Shown here piece by piece: positions 50,216 to 61,412 of a DNA stretch of 64,000 nt. Origin of the DNA: Alphaproteobacteria bacterium (GTDB taxonomy: Bacteria; Pseudomonadota; Alphaproteobacteria; UBA828). Position 1 is the first letter of the stretch; each line of letters opens with the position of its first letter. The DNA is taken from assembly GCA_965221125.1 (NCBI GenBank), contig CBDCRW010000006.1, positions 96,001 to 160,000 of the forward strand, read 5' to 3'. The position numbers and the translations under genes were made by a program. Under the pieces are notes generated by a model. It saw nothing but the letters and a program-made list of their open reading frames with translations, did no database searches and was not told where the DNA came from.

Positions 50216-51790
50216 ATGACAATGCATCCGAGAGCTGTTCTGGCAGCCGGCGTCCTTGGCACGGTCGGCGTCGCCTTGACGATGCCCGCCTTCGCGGAGA
50301 CCGATTACGTCGCGAAGTACGGGATCAAGGAAGACCATCCGGGCATCTGCTCCTACGCGTCCACCGACGCGAAGGACTACACCGGGCACGAGATCACCAT
50401 CCTGACCCACGCCGTGCCCGTCATGGGCGAGCCCGTGGCGCTGCACTCCAAGCAGTTCGAGGAGCTGACGGGCGGCACGGTCAACGTGGTGCACGCCCCC
50501 TTCGGCGAGCTCTACCAGAAGGTGATGATCCCCTTCCAGACCGGCCAGCACGTCTACGACATCGTCTACGGCGGGTCGTACTGGATCGGCGACTGGGCGC
50601 CCCATCTCGCGCCCGTGCCCCAGAAATACCTCGACACCGACGAGATGAAGGACATCACGCCGGCCTACCAGGGCGTCGCCAGCTGGAACGGCCAGCGCCT
50701 GCAGTACACCTTCGACGGCGACCGCAACTACTTCAAGTACATCCTGCCGCCCTTCGAGGACGCGGAGAACCAGGCCAAGTTCAAGGCCGAGTACGGCCGC
50801 GATCTCGCGGTGCCCACGACCTGGGAGGAATACGCCGAGGTCGCCACCTTCTTCAGCGGCTGGGACTGGGACGGCGACGGCGAGCTGGAGTACGGCTCCA
50901 CCGAGATCGTCAAGCGCGACGACGTGGCCTTCGCCAACTTCATCACCCGCGTCGCCTCCTACGCCAAGAACCCCAACGTCACCGGCGGCTTCTGGTTCGA
51001 TCTCGAGACCATGACCCCGCAGGTCAACAACCCCGGCTTCGTCAAGGGGCTCGAGATGTGGATGGACGCGCTCCGCTACATGCCGCCCGGCGGGATCAAC
51101 TTCGGCATCGGCGAGGAGATCTTCTCCTGGGGCGGCGGCGAGTCGCTCATGAGCGTCACCTGGGACGACGCCTTCATCCAGGCGATGCAGCCGGATTCGC
51201 CGATCCGCAACAAGATCCGCGTCGGCACCCAGTACGGCCCGTCCATGGGCTCGCACAAGGTGTGGAACCGGGTCAGCGGCCAGTGGGACGAGTTCGAGAC
51301 CCCCTCCGTCGCGCCCTACGTCACCTGGGGCTGGGGCGCCGGCGTCTCCAAGTACAGCGAAGAGCAGGAGATGGCGTTCGACTGGTTCTGCTTCTTCTCG
51401 AACTACGCCAACACCAACCACGACCTGCTGATCGGCCGCTTCGGCGTCAATCCCTTCCGTACCAGCCACATGGACCCGGACTACTGGGAGCAGGAGGCCG
51501 GTTGGGACCGCGCGGTGGCCGTGAGCTTCACCGACATGCTCAGGGGCATGGACACGAGCACCAACCGCGTGTTCGACCTCCGCGTGCCGGGCGTCAACCA
51601 GTTCTACACCGCCATGATGGCTGGCGTCGCCAAGGCCATGGCGGGCGAGATGACCGCCCAGGCCGCTTTGGACGAGGTCGCCGAGGAATGGACGCGCATC
51701 GCCGAGCGCATCGGCGTCGACGTCATCCGCGAGGCCTACAAGAACGTGGTCGCGCTGGAGGACAACGTGCCGCTGGATCAGGTCCAGTAA
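50216..51790 (+). CDS. Carbohydrate (CUT1) ABC transporter extracellular solute-binding protein
   Basis: Signal peptide ending AFA-E; FEELTG..V.V...PF.ELY.K and VPTTWEEY; heads a CUT1 operon. Confidence 0.88.
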   Translation: MTMHPRAVLAAGVLGTVGVALTMPAFAETDYVAKYGIKEDHPGICSYASTDAKDYTGHEITILTHAVPVMGEPVALHSKQFEELTGGTVNVVHAPFGELYQKVMIPFQTGQHVYDIVYGGSYWIGDWAPHLAPVPQKYLDTDEMKDITPAYQGVASWNGQRLQYTFDGDRNYFKYILPPFEDAENQAKFKAEYGRDLAVPTTWEEYAEVATFFSGWDWDGDGELEYGSTEIVKRDDVAFANFITRVASYAKNPNVTGGFWFDLETMTPQVNNPGFVKGLEMWMDALRYMPPGGINFGIGEEIFSWGGGESLMSVTWDDAFIQAMQPDSPIRNKIRVGTQYGPSMGSHKVWNRVSGQWDEFETPSVAPYVTWGWGAGVSKYSEEQEMAFDWFCFFSNYANTNHDLLIGRFGVNPFRTSHMDPDYWEQEAGWDRAVAVSFTDMLRGMDTSTNRVFDLRVPGVNQFYTAMMAGVAKAMAGEMTAQAALDEVAEEWTRIAERIGVDVIREAYKNVVALEDNVPLDQVQ

Positions 51791-51831
51791 GGCCGGCGGC
51801 ATCGAGACACACGCAAGACTTCGCTAGAGAA

Positions 51832-51857
51832 GACCGGCGGGCTGAGGCCCGCCGGTC
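51832..51857 (+). terminator. Intercistronic stem-loop after the SBP gene
   Basis: GACCGGCGGGC-TGAG-GCCCGCCGGTC, a perfect 11-bp stem. Confidence 0.6.
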
Positions 51858-51872
51858 GTCCTTTCCCCAGCC

Positions 51873-52757
51873 ATGCTGGACTCGCGCTACAAGCACATCT
51901 TCCTGCTTCCGGCGCTTCTCGCGCTGGTCGCGATCATCATCTTTCCGCTCATCTACACGGTGCGCCTCAGCCTCTCCGGCTGGGACGTGAACTTCCCCGA
52001 GCTCGACTACATCGGCTGGGACAACTACGCCCGCGCCATCGCCGACGGGCGCTTCTGGGATTCCATGGGCACCCTCTACCTGATGGTGCTCTTCTGCGTG
52101 GTCTTCGAGTACCTGCTCGGCTTCGGCCTGGCGCTCCTGCTGTGGAAGGAGGTGAAGGCCGGGCGCTTCTTCCGCGTGCTCTTCATCGTGCCGATGTGCG
52201 TGACCCCGGTGGTGATGGCGGTGGTCTGGCGCACAATCTTCCACGAGACGCTGGGGCCGATGAACGACGTGCTGAGCTGGTTCGGCATCCCCGCCGTGCC
52301 CTGGCTCAGCAAGTCCGGCCCCGCCTTCGCCGCGGTCGTCATCATCGACGTCTGGCAGTGGACCTCGTTCATGTTCATCCTGCTGCTGGCGGGGCTGATG
52401 TCGCTGCCGCGCGAGCCCTACGAGGCGGCGCAGATCGACGGCGCGGGCCCGATCCGCACCTTCGTCCACGTGACCTTCCCGCTGATGGCGCCGATCACGC
52501 TGGGCGCGCTCATCATCCGCCTGATCGAATCGTCGAAGCTGATGGAGACCATCTACGCGCTCACCTCCGGCGGCCCCGGCTCGTCGACCGAGACCACGAG
52601 CTACCTGCTCTACATCCGGGGGCTCCGCGAGTTTCAGATCGGCTACACCGCCTCGCTCTCGATCATCTACCTCGCGATCATGATCATCGCGCTCACCATC
52701 TTCGCCCGCTCGCTGAGCCGGCTCATGATTGGCCGGCAGGGGCCGCTGCGGGCATGA
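51873..52757 (+). CDS. Sugar ABC transporter permease
   Basis: EAA loop PYEAAQIDGA; DVWQWT; TSGGPG..TET. Confidence 0.92.
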   Translation: MLDSRYKHIFLLPALLALVAIIIFPLIYTVRLSLSGWDVNFPELDYIGWDNYARAIADGRFWDSMGTLYLMVLFCVVFEYLLGFGLALLLWKEVKAGRFFRVLFIVPMCVTPVVMAVVWRTIFHETLGPMNDVLSWFGIPAVPWLSKSGPAFAAVVIIDVWQWTSFMFILLLAGLMSLPREPYEAAQIDGAGPIRTFVHVTFPLMAPITLGALIIRLIESSKLMETIYALTSGGPGSSTETTSYLLYIRGLREFQIGYTASLSIIYLAIMIIALTIFARSLSRLMIGRQGPLRA

Positions 52758-53665
52758 GCCGGGCAGAGGAGGCCGTGCAGGGGCCGGTGCGGGGCGGCAT
52801 CATGACCGGGCGCCGGGCGGACCTCTACCGCGTGCTCAAGTACGCGGCGCTCATCGCCTGGGCGATCTTCGTGGTGGCACCCTTCCTCTGGGCGCTCTCG
52901 ACCTCGTTCAAGAGCGACCCCGGCGTGGTCGGCGGCGCGACCTACATCCCCTTCCTCGAATACGAGCCCACGGTGGACGGCTGGACCGCGCTGTTCCGCG
53001 ACACCAGCTCCGGCGGCATCAGCATGCAGGGGCCGTACCTGTCGAGCCTCGTGGTCAGCCTGATCTCGACCTCCATCGCCCTCTTCCTCGGCACGCTCGC
53101 GGCCTACGGGCTCTCGCGCTTCACCTTCCGCGCAGGCCCCTTGGGCAACAACGACATCACCTTCTTCTTCATCTCCCAGCGCATCATGCCGCCGGCGGTG
53201 CTCGCGATCCCCTACTTCCTGCTGCTCCGCTTCACCGGCCTGCTGGACACCCACCTCGGCCTCATCCTGGTCTACGTCGCGATGCTGCTCCCCATCGTCG
53301 TCTGGGTGATGGTGGATTTCTTCAACACCGTGCCCATCGAGCTGGACGAGGCGGCGCTGATCGACGGCTGCAACCCGATCCAGGCGTTCTACCGAATCAT
53401 CCTGCCCAACTGCGCGCCCGGCATGGTGGTGGCGACGCTGCTCTGCATCATCTTCTCGTGGAGCGACTTCTTCTTCGCGCTGACGCTCACCTTCGCCAAG
53501 GTGCAGCTCTTGCCGCCCACCATCGTGATCCTCAATTCCAACAAGGTGCCGTGGTGGAGTCTGAGCGCGTCCGCGCTCGTCTCGGTGCTGCCGCTCGTCA
53601 TCATCGCCTTCGTGCTGGAGCGCTACCTCGCGCGCGGTACGCTCGCCGGCGTGATCCGGGAGTAG
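52754..53665 (+). CDS. Sugar ABC transporter permease
   Basis: ATGA overlap; AAYGLSRF and ELDEAALIDGC. Confidence 0.92.
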   Translation: MSRAEEAVQGPVRGGIMTGRRADLYRVLKYAALIAWAIFVVAPFLWALSTSFKSDPGVVGGATYIPFLEYEPTVDGWTALFRDTSSGGISMQGPYLSSLVVSLISTSIALFLGTLAAYGLSRFTFRAGPLGNNDITFFFISQRIMPPAVLAIPYFLLLRFTGLLDTHLGLILVYVAMLLPIVVWVMVDFFNTVPIELDEAALIDGCNPIQAFYRIILPNCAPGMVVATLLCIIFSWSDFFFALTLTFAKVQLLPPTIVILNSNKVPWWSLSASALVSVLPLVIIAFVLERYLARGTLAGVIRE

Positions 53666-53669
53666 CCCC

Positions 53670-54728
<1,059 letters not shown>

Positions 54729-54744
54729 CCACTGGAGGAAACCC

Positions 54745-55788
54745 ATGAAGGCAGCGACGCTCCACAGCTACGACGAAGCCCTCACCCAGCCCAAGTTCGT
54801 GACCTACGAGGACGTGGACGACCCCGAGATCACCAAGCCCACGGACGTGGTCGTCCGCATCGGCGGCGCCGGCGTCTGCCGCACCGACCTCCACATCATC
54901 GAGGGCGTGTGGAAGGGCCACGTGGATGTCGCCTTCCCCCACATCATGGGCCACGAGAACGCGGGCTGGGTGGAGGCGGTCGGCTCCGGCGTGGAAAGCG
55001 TCAAGGTCGGCGACCCGGTGATCTGCCACCCGCTGGTGACCAGCGGCCACTGCCTCGCCTGCCGGCGCGGCAACGACATGCACGCGGGCGAGAGCAGCTT
55101 TCCCGGCATCAACGCGCCGGGCGGCTACGCCGACTACCTGCTCACCGGGGAGCGCGCGCTCATCAAGCTGCCCCAGAGCCTCGCGCCCAAGGACGTAGCC
55201 CCCTACACCGATGCCGGGCTCACCGCCTACCGCGTCGCCAAGAAGGCCGCGGGCCACTTGGTGCCGGGCGAGTACGCCGTCGTCATCGGCGCGGGCGGGC
55301 TCGGCCACATCGGCATCCAATCCCTCGCGGCGCTGTGCGCGGCCGAGATCATCGTGCTCGACCACTCCGACCTCGCGCTCGGCCTCGCCAGGGAGTGCGG
55401 CGCCCACCACGTGGTGAGGGCCGGCGACGGCGCGCTCGACGAGGTGATGTCGCTCACCGGCGGCCACGGCGCCGAGGCGGTGATCGACTTCGTCGGCGAG
55501 GGCGACGCCATCGACAAGGGCCTCGCCATGACCCGCAACGACGGCTTCTACTACATCGTGGGCTACGGCGGCCGCGTCCAGATCCCGGCGATCGACATGA
55601 TCGTCTCGGAGAAGACCATCGTCGGCAATCTGGTAGGCACTTACGCCGAGCTGGTGGAGCTGATGGCGCTCGCCGACCGGGGGCTGGTGACGCTGGCCAC
55701 CCGCGAGTACACGCTGGCCGAGGCCAACCGGGCGCTGCACGACCTCCACGCCGGCACGGTCAAGGGCCGCGCGGTGCTGATCCCGTAG
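54745..55788 (+). CDS. Zn-dependent NAD(P) alcohol dehydrogenase (MDR)
   Basis: GVCRTDLH, GHE.AG, HCLAC..G.D.H and GAGGLG. Confidence 0.92.
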   Translation: MKAATLHSYDEALTQPKFVTYEDVDDPEITKPTDVVVRIGGAGVCRTDLHIIEGVWKGHVDVAFPHIMGHENAGWVEAVGSGVESVKVGDPVICHPLVTSGHCLACRRGNDMHAGESSFPGINAPGGYADYLLTGERALIKLPQSLAPKDVAPYTDAGLTAYRVAKKAAGHLVPGEYAVVIGAGGLGHIGIQSLAALCAAEIIVLDHSDLALGLARECGAHHVVRAGDGALDEVMSLTGGHGAEAVIDFVGEGDAIDKGLAMTRNDGFYYIVGYGGRVQIPAIDMIVSEKTIVGNLVGTYAELVELMALADRGLVTLATREYTLAEANRALHDLHAGTVKGRAVLIP

Positions 55789-55810
55789 CGGCGCCGGGGC
55801 GGATCGAGCC

Positions 55811-56221
55811 ATGTCCGACGAAGACGCGGTGCTCGCCGCGAACGAGGCGTTCTACCGCGCCTTCGCGGCGCGCGATTTCGCGGCGATGGATGCGCTCTGG
55901 GCCGCCGAGGCGCCGGTGGCCTGCATCCATCCGGGCTGGGACGCGCTGGTCGGCCGCGAAGCGGTGATGGAGAGCTGGGCCGCCATCCTCGGCGGCCCCG
56001 GCGCACCGCAGATCCGCTGCGAGGCGCCCCGCGCCTTCGTGCTGGGGCCCGGCGCCTTCGTCATCTGCCGCGAGGTGCTGGAGGCGGGCCGGCTGATCGC
56101 CACCAACGTCTTCGCCCAGGAGCAGGGCGGCTGGCGCATGGTCCACCACCAGGCCGGCCCCGCCAGCCAGGCCCGGCCATCGCCGCCCGCTGCTGAGCGC
56201 CCGCCCGGCCCGCTGCACTGA
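55811..56221 (+). CDS. NTF2/SnoaL-like domain protein
   Basis: ANEAFYRAF..RD..AM..LW, CIHPGW, ATNVF and WRMVHHQA. Confidence 0.88.
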   Translation: MSDEDAVLAANEAFYRAFAARDFAAMDALWAAEAPVACIHPGWDALVGREAVMESWAAILGGPGAPQIRCEAPRAFVLGPGAFVICREVLEAGRLIATNVFAQEQGGWRMVHHQAGPASQARPSPPAAERPPGPLH

Positions 56222-56265
56222 CCGCCGGCGTTCTGCCCGGCCCACCTCTGGTGTATCGTGCGGCC

Positions 56266-57582
56266 ATGACCCTGAACACGCCGAGCCCCACCTTCCCCGC
56301 CATCGCGCTGCCGCAGTTCGAGAACGAGGCGCTGCCGCCGGTCATGCCGGTGGCGCTGCGCCACCCGGACGCACCCGCGCTCCCCGACGTCGCCGCCGCC
56401 ACCCAGGGCGCCCTCGACGCCTCGCGCCGGCTCACCGCGCTCCCGCCGGGCGCGCGCGTCGCGATCACCTGCGGCAGCCGCGGCATCCGCAGCAAGCCGG
56501 ACGTGGTCAGGGCGGCGGTCGCCTGGCTCAAGGGGCGCGGGCTCGTCCCCTACATCGTGCCGGCGATGGGCAGCCACGGCGGCGCCGTCGCGTCCGGCCA
56601 GGTGTCGCTGCTGGCCGAGCTCGGCTTCACCGAAGAGGCCATGGGGTGCCCCATCGAGGCCGGCATGGAGGTCGTGCGCCTGAGCGAGACCCGCGCCGGC
56701 ATCCCGGTCCACTTCGACCGCCGCGCCTTCGCGGCCGACGCGGTCCTCGTGGTGGCCCGCGTCAAGTCCCACACCTCCTTCGACCGCGAGGTGGAGAGCG
56801 GGCTCACCAAGATGGTCGCCATCGGCCTCGGCAAGGCGGAGGGCGCGCGCTTCGTCCACCGCCTCGGCGTGCGCGGCTACATGGAGGTGCTGCCCGAGTG
56901 GGCGGCCATCGCCATCCGCGAGGCTCCGGTCGCCTACGGCCTCGCCATCGTCGAGAACGCCCGGCGCGAGGCGGCGGTTATCGAGGGCGCGGAACCGCAG
57001 GACTTCTACGAGACCGACGCCCGCCTGCTGAAGACCGCCAAGGGCTCTATCCCGAAGCTCCCGTTCGAGCAGATCGACGTGCTCGCGGTGGAGCGGCTCG
57101 GCAAGAACATCTCCGGCACCGGCATGGACCCGGCGGTCACGGCGCGCTTCGACATCCGCGGGCGCCCCAACCCGCCGGCGCCGGAGATCGGCAAGCTGGT
57201 GGTCCTCGGGCTCACGCCGGAGACGCATGGCAACGGCCTCGGCGTCGGCAACGCCGACTACACCACCAAGCAGGTTGCCGACAGCCTCGACCTCTACGCC
57301 ATGTACATGAACGCGTGCACGGCGACGTTCACCGAGCGCGTGCGCATCCCCGCGGTCCTCGCTAGCGACAAGGCGGCGCTGCAGGCCGCCGTCGGCACCT
57401 CGTGGCGGCTCGACGGCGCGGACGCCAGGCTCTGCCTGATCCGCTCCACCCTGCACCTGGAGACCGTCCTGGTTTCGCCGCCCTTGGCCGCCGAGCTGAA
57501 CGGCGCAGGCGAGGTCCTCGGCGAGGCCGAGCCGCTGCGCTTCGACGACAACGGCCACCTCCTCACCCGCTGCCCGGTGTAG
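56266..57582 (+). CDS. Lactate racemase (LarA)-like / DUF362 domain protein
   Basis: GSRGI, VPAMGSHGGA, RVKSHT.F, ESGL.KM..IGLGK, GKNISGTGMD and HGN..G.G.AD. Confidence 0.78.
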   Translation: MTLNTPSPTFPAIALPQFENEALPPVMPVALRHPDAPALPDVAAATQGALDASRRLTALPPGARVAITCGSRGIRSKPDVVRAAVAWLKGRGLVPYIVPAMGSHGGAVASGQVSLLAELGFTEEAMGCPIEAGMEVVRLSETRAGIPVHFDRRAFAADAVLVVARVKSHTSFDREVESGLTKMVAIGLGKAEGARFVHRLGVRGYMEVLPEWAAIAIREAPVAYGLAIVENARREAAVIEGAEPQDFYETDARLLKTAKGSIPKLPFEQIDVLAVERLGKNISGTGMDPAVTARFDIRGRPNPPAPEIGKLVVLGLTPETHGNGLGVGNADYTTKQVADSLDLYAMYMNACTATFTERVRIPAVLASDKAALQAAVGTSWRLDGADARLCLIRSTLHLETVLVSPPLAAELNGAGEVLGEAEPLRFDDNGHLLTRCPV

Positions 57583-57616
57583 GCGGAGCGGCGCGGCAAA
57601 CGCGACCCAAGAAAAA

Positions 57617-57730
57617 ACCCACCTCCCCCTGTCCCCCTCCCCCCGGAGGGCGGAGGGGGGACGCTGTCGCCGATGGAGGAGTCCCCCTCTCCTCCTCCCG
57701 GGGGAGGAGAGGGTCGGGGTGAGGTGGGGG
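57617..57730. repeat. Composite REP-like element (two inverted palindromic units)
   Basis: CCCACCTCCCCCTGTCCCCCTCC...GGAGGGGG followed by CCCTCTCCTCC...GGAGGAGAGGGTCGGGGTGAGGTGGGGG; same family as 45505-45587. Confidence 0.75.
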
Positions 57731-57800
57731 CGCACGCAGGGACTCGTCGACACCGGGCCGCTATACTCCCTCCGTCGGCAACCAGGGGGGACGCTGCGCG

Positions 57801-59069
57801 ATGCGGAAGCGGGGCATCACGCTCGACGAGAGCATTCTCGAAGCGATCAGGGAGACGCGGCGGGACTTGAGCCAGGCGCGGCACCTGCCGGGCTTCCTCT
57901 ACACCGCGCCCGAGATCTTCGACTACGAGGTCGGCGCCATCTTCATGAAGGAGTGGCTCTGCGTCGGCCGCGTCGAAGAGTTCGAGAACGAGGGCGACTA
58001 CCGCGCCATGCGGATCGCGGGCGAGCCCCTGCTGGTCTGCCGCGACGCGAGCGGCCAACTCAACGCCTTCAACAACGTCTGCCAGCACCGGGGCGTCGAG
58101 GTCGCGACCGGCGAAGGCAATCGCAAGAGCTTCCGCTGCCCCTACCATTCCTGGGTCTACGACCTGGAGGGCAAGCTGCTCGGCGCGCCGCACACGAAGG
58201 AGGTCAAAGGCTTCGACTTCGCCGCTTGCGCGCTGCCGCGGGTCAACCTCGACACCTGGGGCGGCTACATCTTCGTCAACTTCGATCCCGACTGCCCGAG
58301 CCTCGCCGACTACCTGGACGAGGACGGGATCAGGCAGTTCGCCGCCTTCCTGCAGCCGGAGAACACGCGGACCTCGGATACTTACGACTTCGAGGTGCCG
58401 TGCAACTGGAAGTTCATCCCCGAGAACCTGATGGACATGTACCACGTGGGCGTGATTCACAAGGACTCCTTCGGCGGGCACTTCCCGGTCAACGACTTCC
58501 GCTTCAACCTCGAGCGCAACGGATACAACGCCGCCTACGAGAGCTTCACCATGGCGCCGAAGGGGGTCACGCTGTTCGACACCATGCCCTGGCTCCGGGG
58601 CAAGGTGACGGACAGGTTCGCGTGCACCACCTGGGTCCGGCCCACCATGAACATCTTCGGGCGGCACGACCTCATCCAGCCCTGGGTGGCGCTCCCCGTC
58701 GACCACGCGACGACGCGGATCGTCATCTACACCCAGTTGCCGGCCGCCTACTTCGACGAGCCCGGCTTCGAGGAGAAGAACCGGATCTACGCCGACTTCA
58801 TCCGGCTGGTGGCGAACGAGGACCGGGCGATGCTGGAATCGCTGCAGAACGGGGTCGGCTCGCGCGCCTTCCGGCCGGGGCCGACGGTGAAGCTGGAGCG
58901 CGCCATCCACCACCTTCTCAACTATTATCTCGACAGGCTGTTGAGCGACGACGACGAGGCCCGCGCCAGGCGCCGCCAGGACGGCGAGGACGCGCTGCGC
59001 GAGAGCGCCTCGCGCAACGGGGAGCCGCGCGACGGCGGCTACACGGCGCTGGTGAGCGCCGCCGAATAG
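57801..59069 (+). CDS. Rieske non-heme iron oxygenase alpha subunit (choline monooxygenase-like)
   Basis: Rieske CQH-x17-CPYH motif; catalytic NWK...EN..D.YH....H and NED. Confidence 0.92.
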   Translation: MRKRGITLDESILEAIRETRRDLSQARHLPGFLYTAPEIFDYEVGAIFMKEWLCVGRVEEFENEGDYRAMRIAGEPLLVCRDASGQLNAFNNVCQHRGVEVATGEGNRKSFRCPYHSWVYDLEGKLLGAPHTKEVKGFDFAACALPRVNLDTWGGYIFVNFDPDCPSLADYLDEDGIRQFAAFLQPENTRTSDTYDFEVPCNWKFIPENLMDMYHVGVIHKDSFGGHFPVNDFRFNLERNGYNAAYESFTMAPKGVTLFDTMPWLRGKVTDRFACTTWVRPTMNIFGRHDLIQPWVALPVDHATTRIVIYTQLPAAYFDEPGFEEKNRIYADFIRLVANEDRAMLESLQNGVGSRAFRPGPTVKLERAIHHLLNYYLDRLLSDDDEARARRRQDGEDALRESASRNGEPRDGGYTALVSAAE

Positions 59070-59093
59070 GCGCTGGCGAGCGCCGCCGAATAG
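59046..59093. repeat. 24-bp tandem duplication of the Rieske gene 3' end, including its stop codon
   Basis: gcgctggtgagcgccgccgaatag followed by gcgctggcgagcgccgccgaatag (1 mismatch). Confidence 0.9.
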
Positions 59094-59104
59094 GAGCCGG
59101 ACTC

Positions 59105-60145
59105 ATGGGCACACGGCAGGATCAGGCACGACTGACGGAACTGTTCAGGCGCAACCTGGAGCTTTGCGAGGTGGGACCGGGGGAGACGGTCGCCGTCCTC
59201 TCGGAAGGCGACCAGCTCGACCACTACCGCAAGGCCTCGCTCGCCGCCGCGCGCGACCTCGGCGCCGACGTGGCGGACGTCCACCTCGCCGCCGACGGCG
59301 CGGAGGACCCGGCGGTGAGGATCGCCAACATCGGCCAGAACGCGCTCGGCAAGCACCCGGAGGCGATGCAGACCTGCCTCGACGCCGACATGGTCGTCGA
59401 CCACATGCTCCTGCTCTTCTCCCACGAGCAGATCGCGATGCAGGAGGCAGGCAGCCGCATCCTGCTCGTCGTCGAGCCGCAAGAAATCCTGGAGCGCCTG
59501 TTCCCCACCGCCGAGATGCGGGCCCGCGTCGAGGCCGGGGAGAAGCGCCTCAGGGCGGCGGAGCGGCTCCGCTTCACCAACGACGCCGGCACCGACGTCA
59601 CGTATGCGCTCGGCGACAAGTTCATCCTGACGGAATACGGCTTCACCACGGAAGCGGGCCGCTGGGACCACTGGCCGGGCGGCTTCCTCGCGACGCTCGC
59701 GGCCGAGCGCGGCGTGAACGGCCGCGTGGTGATGGAGGCCGACGACATCGTCTTTCCGCTCCGCGAGTTCACCGGCGAGCGCATCGCCTTCGACATCAGC
59801 GACGGCATGGTGACGCAGATCTCGGGCGGCGACCGCGCCCGGCACCTGCAGGGCTTCATCGAGGGCTACGACGACCCCCGCGCCTACGCGGTCTCGCACA
59901 TCGGCTGGGGGCTCAACCACCACTGCATCTGGCGGCCCGACCTGCCGGGCATCGGCATGGACGGCCGCGCGCACTACGGCAACGTGCTGTTCTCCCTCGG
60001 CCCCGACACCGAGTTCGGCGGCGAGAACGATACCCCCTGCCACCTCGACCTGCCGATGCGGGGCTGCTCGCTCTGGCTCGACGATGAGCTGATCGTGGAG
60101 AACGGCGCGGTCGTGCCCGACGACATGCGCGCCCCCGCTCACTAG
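59105..60145 (+). CDS. NicX-like 2,5-dihydroxypyridine dioxygenase / M29-peptidase-fold protein
   Basis: AGGAG RBS; LLFSHEQ, EYGF...GRWDHWPGGF, YAVSHIGWG, GMDGRA..GN.LFSLGP and CHLDLPMR (His/His/Asp triad as in NicX). Confidence 0.8.
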   Translation: MGTRQDQARLTELFRRNLELCEVGPGETVAVLSEGDQLDHYRKASLAAARDLGADVADVHLAADGAEDPAVRIANIGQNALGKHPEAMQTCLDADMVVDHMLLLFSHEQIAMQEAGSRILLVVEPQEILERLFPTAEMRARVEAGEKRLRAAERLRFTNDAGTDVTYALGDKFILTEYGFTTEAGRWDHWPGGFLATLAAERGVNGRVVMEADDIVFPLREFTGERIAFDISDGMVTQISGGDRARHLQGFIEGYDDPRAYAVSHIGWGLNHHCIWRPDLPGIGMDGRAHYGNVLFSLGPDTEFGGENDTPCHLDLPMRGCSLWLDDELIVENGAVVPDDMRAPAH

Positions 60146-61137
60146 GCGAAGGGGAGAAGCACCGTCGAGCCGGTGGTGCGCCGCTCCTCGATGGCGCGGT
60201 GCACCTGGGCGGCCTCGCGCAAGGGATAGCGGTTGCGCACGGTGACCGTCACCGCGCCTGACGCGACGGCCTCGAACAATTCTTGCGCCGACGCCAGCAG
60301 GTCTGCGCGCTCCTCGACGTAGTGCATCAGCGCCGGGCGGGTGACGAAGAGCGAGCCGCGCGCGCCCAGCTCCACCACGTCCACCGGGTCCGGCGCGCCC
60401 GACGCATGGCCGTAGCAGGCCAGGATGCCGAGCGGGCGCAGGCAGTCGAGCGAGCGGGTGAAGGTGTCCTTGCCGATGCTCTCGTAGACCACCGGGCAGC
60501 CCTTGCCGTCGGTCACCTCCATCACCAGCGGCACGAAGTCCTCGCGCGAGTAGACGGCGACGTGGTCGGCGCCGTGGGCCTTCGCGAGTTCCGCCTTCTC
60601 GTCGGTCGACACCGTGCCGATCACGGTGGCACCCAAGTGCCTGGCCCACTGGCAGAGGATCAGCCCCATGCCGCCGGCCGCCGCATGGACCAGCACCGGA
60701 TCGCCCGGCTCGACCCGGTAGGTCCGGCGCAGCAGGTACTGGGCGGTGAGCCCCTTGAGCGTGATGCCGGCTGCGTCCTCTTCCGTGATGCCGTCCGGCA
60801 GCGTGACCAGCCGCTTCGCCGGCATGACGCGGCGCTGCGCGTAGGCGCCGTGCGGCGGGCTCGCGTAGGTGACGCGGTCGCCGACCGCGCATTCCGTGAC
60901 GCCTTCACCGACCGCCTCGACCGTGCCCGCGCCCTCGATGCCGACGACGAAGGGCAGCGGCGGCACCGGCCACGGATGCGGCATGCCGCGCCGGTTGTAG
61001 GTGTCGATGTAGTTCACCCCGACGGCGCCGTGCCGGATCAGCGCTTCGCCCGGCCCCGGCTCGCCGACCGGCCAGTCTTCCCAGCGGAAGACGTCGGGCG
61101 TGCCCTTCTCGTGGATGACGGCGGCCTTGTTGCTCAT
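60142..61137 (-). CDS. NADPH:quinone oxidoreductase (Qor, zeta-crystallin type)
   Basis: GVNYID, GIEGAG, KGLTAQYL, HAAAGGMG, GSLFVTRP and TTGSTVL. Confidence 0.92.
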   Translation of the reverse strand: MSNKAAVIHEKGTPDVFRWEDWPVGEPGPGEALIRHGAVGVNYIDTYNRRGMPHPWPVPPLPFVVGIEGAGTVEAVGEGVTECAVGDRVTYASPPHGAYAQRRVMPAKRLVTLPDGITEEDAAGITLKGLTAQYLLRRTYRVEPGDPVLVHAAAGGMGLILCQWARHLGATVIGTVSTDEKAELAKAHGADHVAVYSREDFVPLVMEVTDGKGCPVVYESIGKDTFTRSLDCLRPLGILACYGHASGAPDPVDVVELGARGSLFVTRPALMHYVEERADLLASAQELFEAVASGAVTVTVRNRYPLREAAQVHRAIEERRTTGSTVLLPFA

Positions 61138-61412
61138 GGTTTCTCCCGGTGCGCGCTGCGGCGTGACGCCGAACTCCCGGCCTTCCTTACCACGTTGCCG
61201 CGAACGACAGGAGACAGGCGCGCCGCCGGACGGTGACCCCTCCTCCATTGCGTTCAAGTATTTCTTACACCGATAGCAGAGCGGGTATAGGATTGAGCCA
61301 ACGACGTGCCGGCTGCGGCGGGGGGCCGGTCCCTGCGCTGCGAGGCGGGACCGCCCCGCCGCACGGAGCCGGTCGTAACGAATGTCGATGTCACCGAGAG
61401 AGGGAGAAGGAG

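Noticed and set aside
57719-60145. 808-aa fusion ORF
   Set aside because: The N-terminal part is an alternate frame of the Rieske gene; the real gene starts at ATG 59105 with its own RBS.
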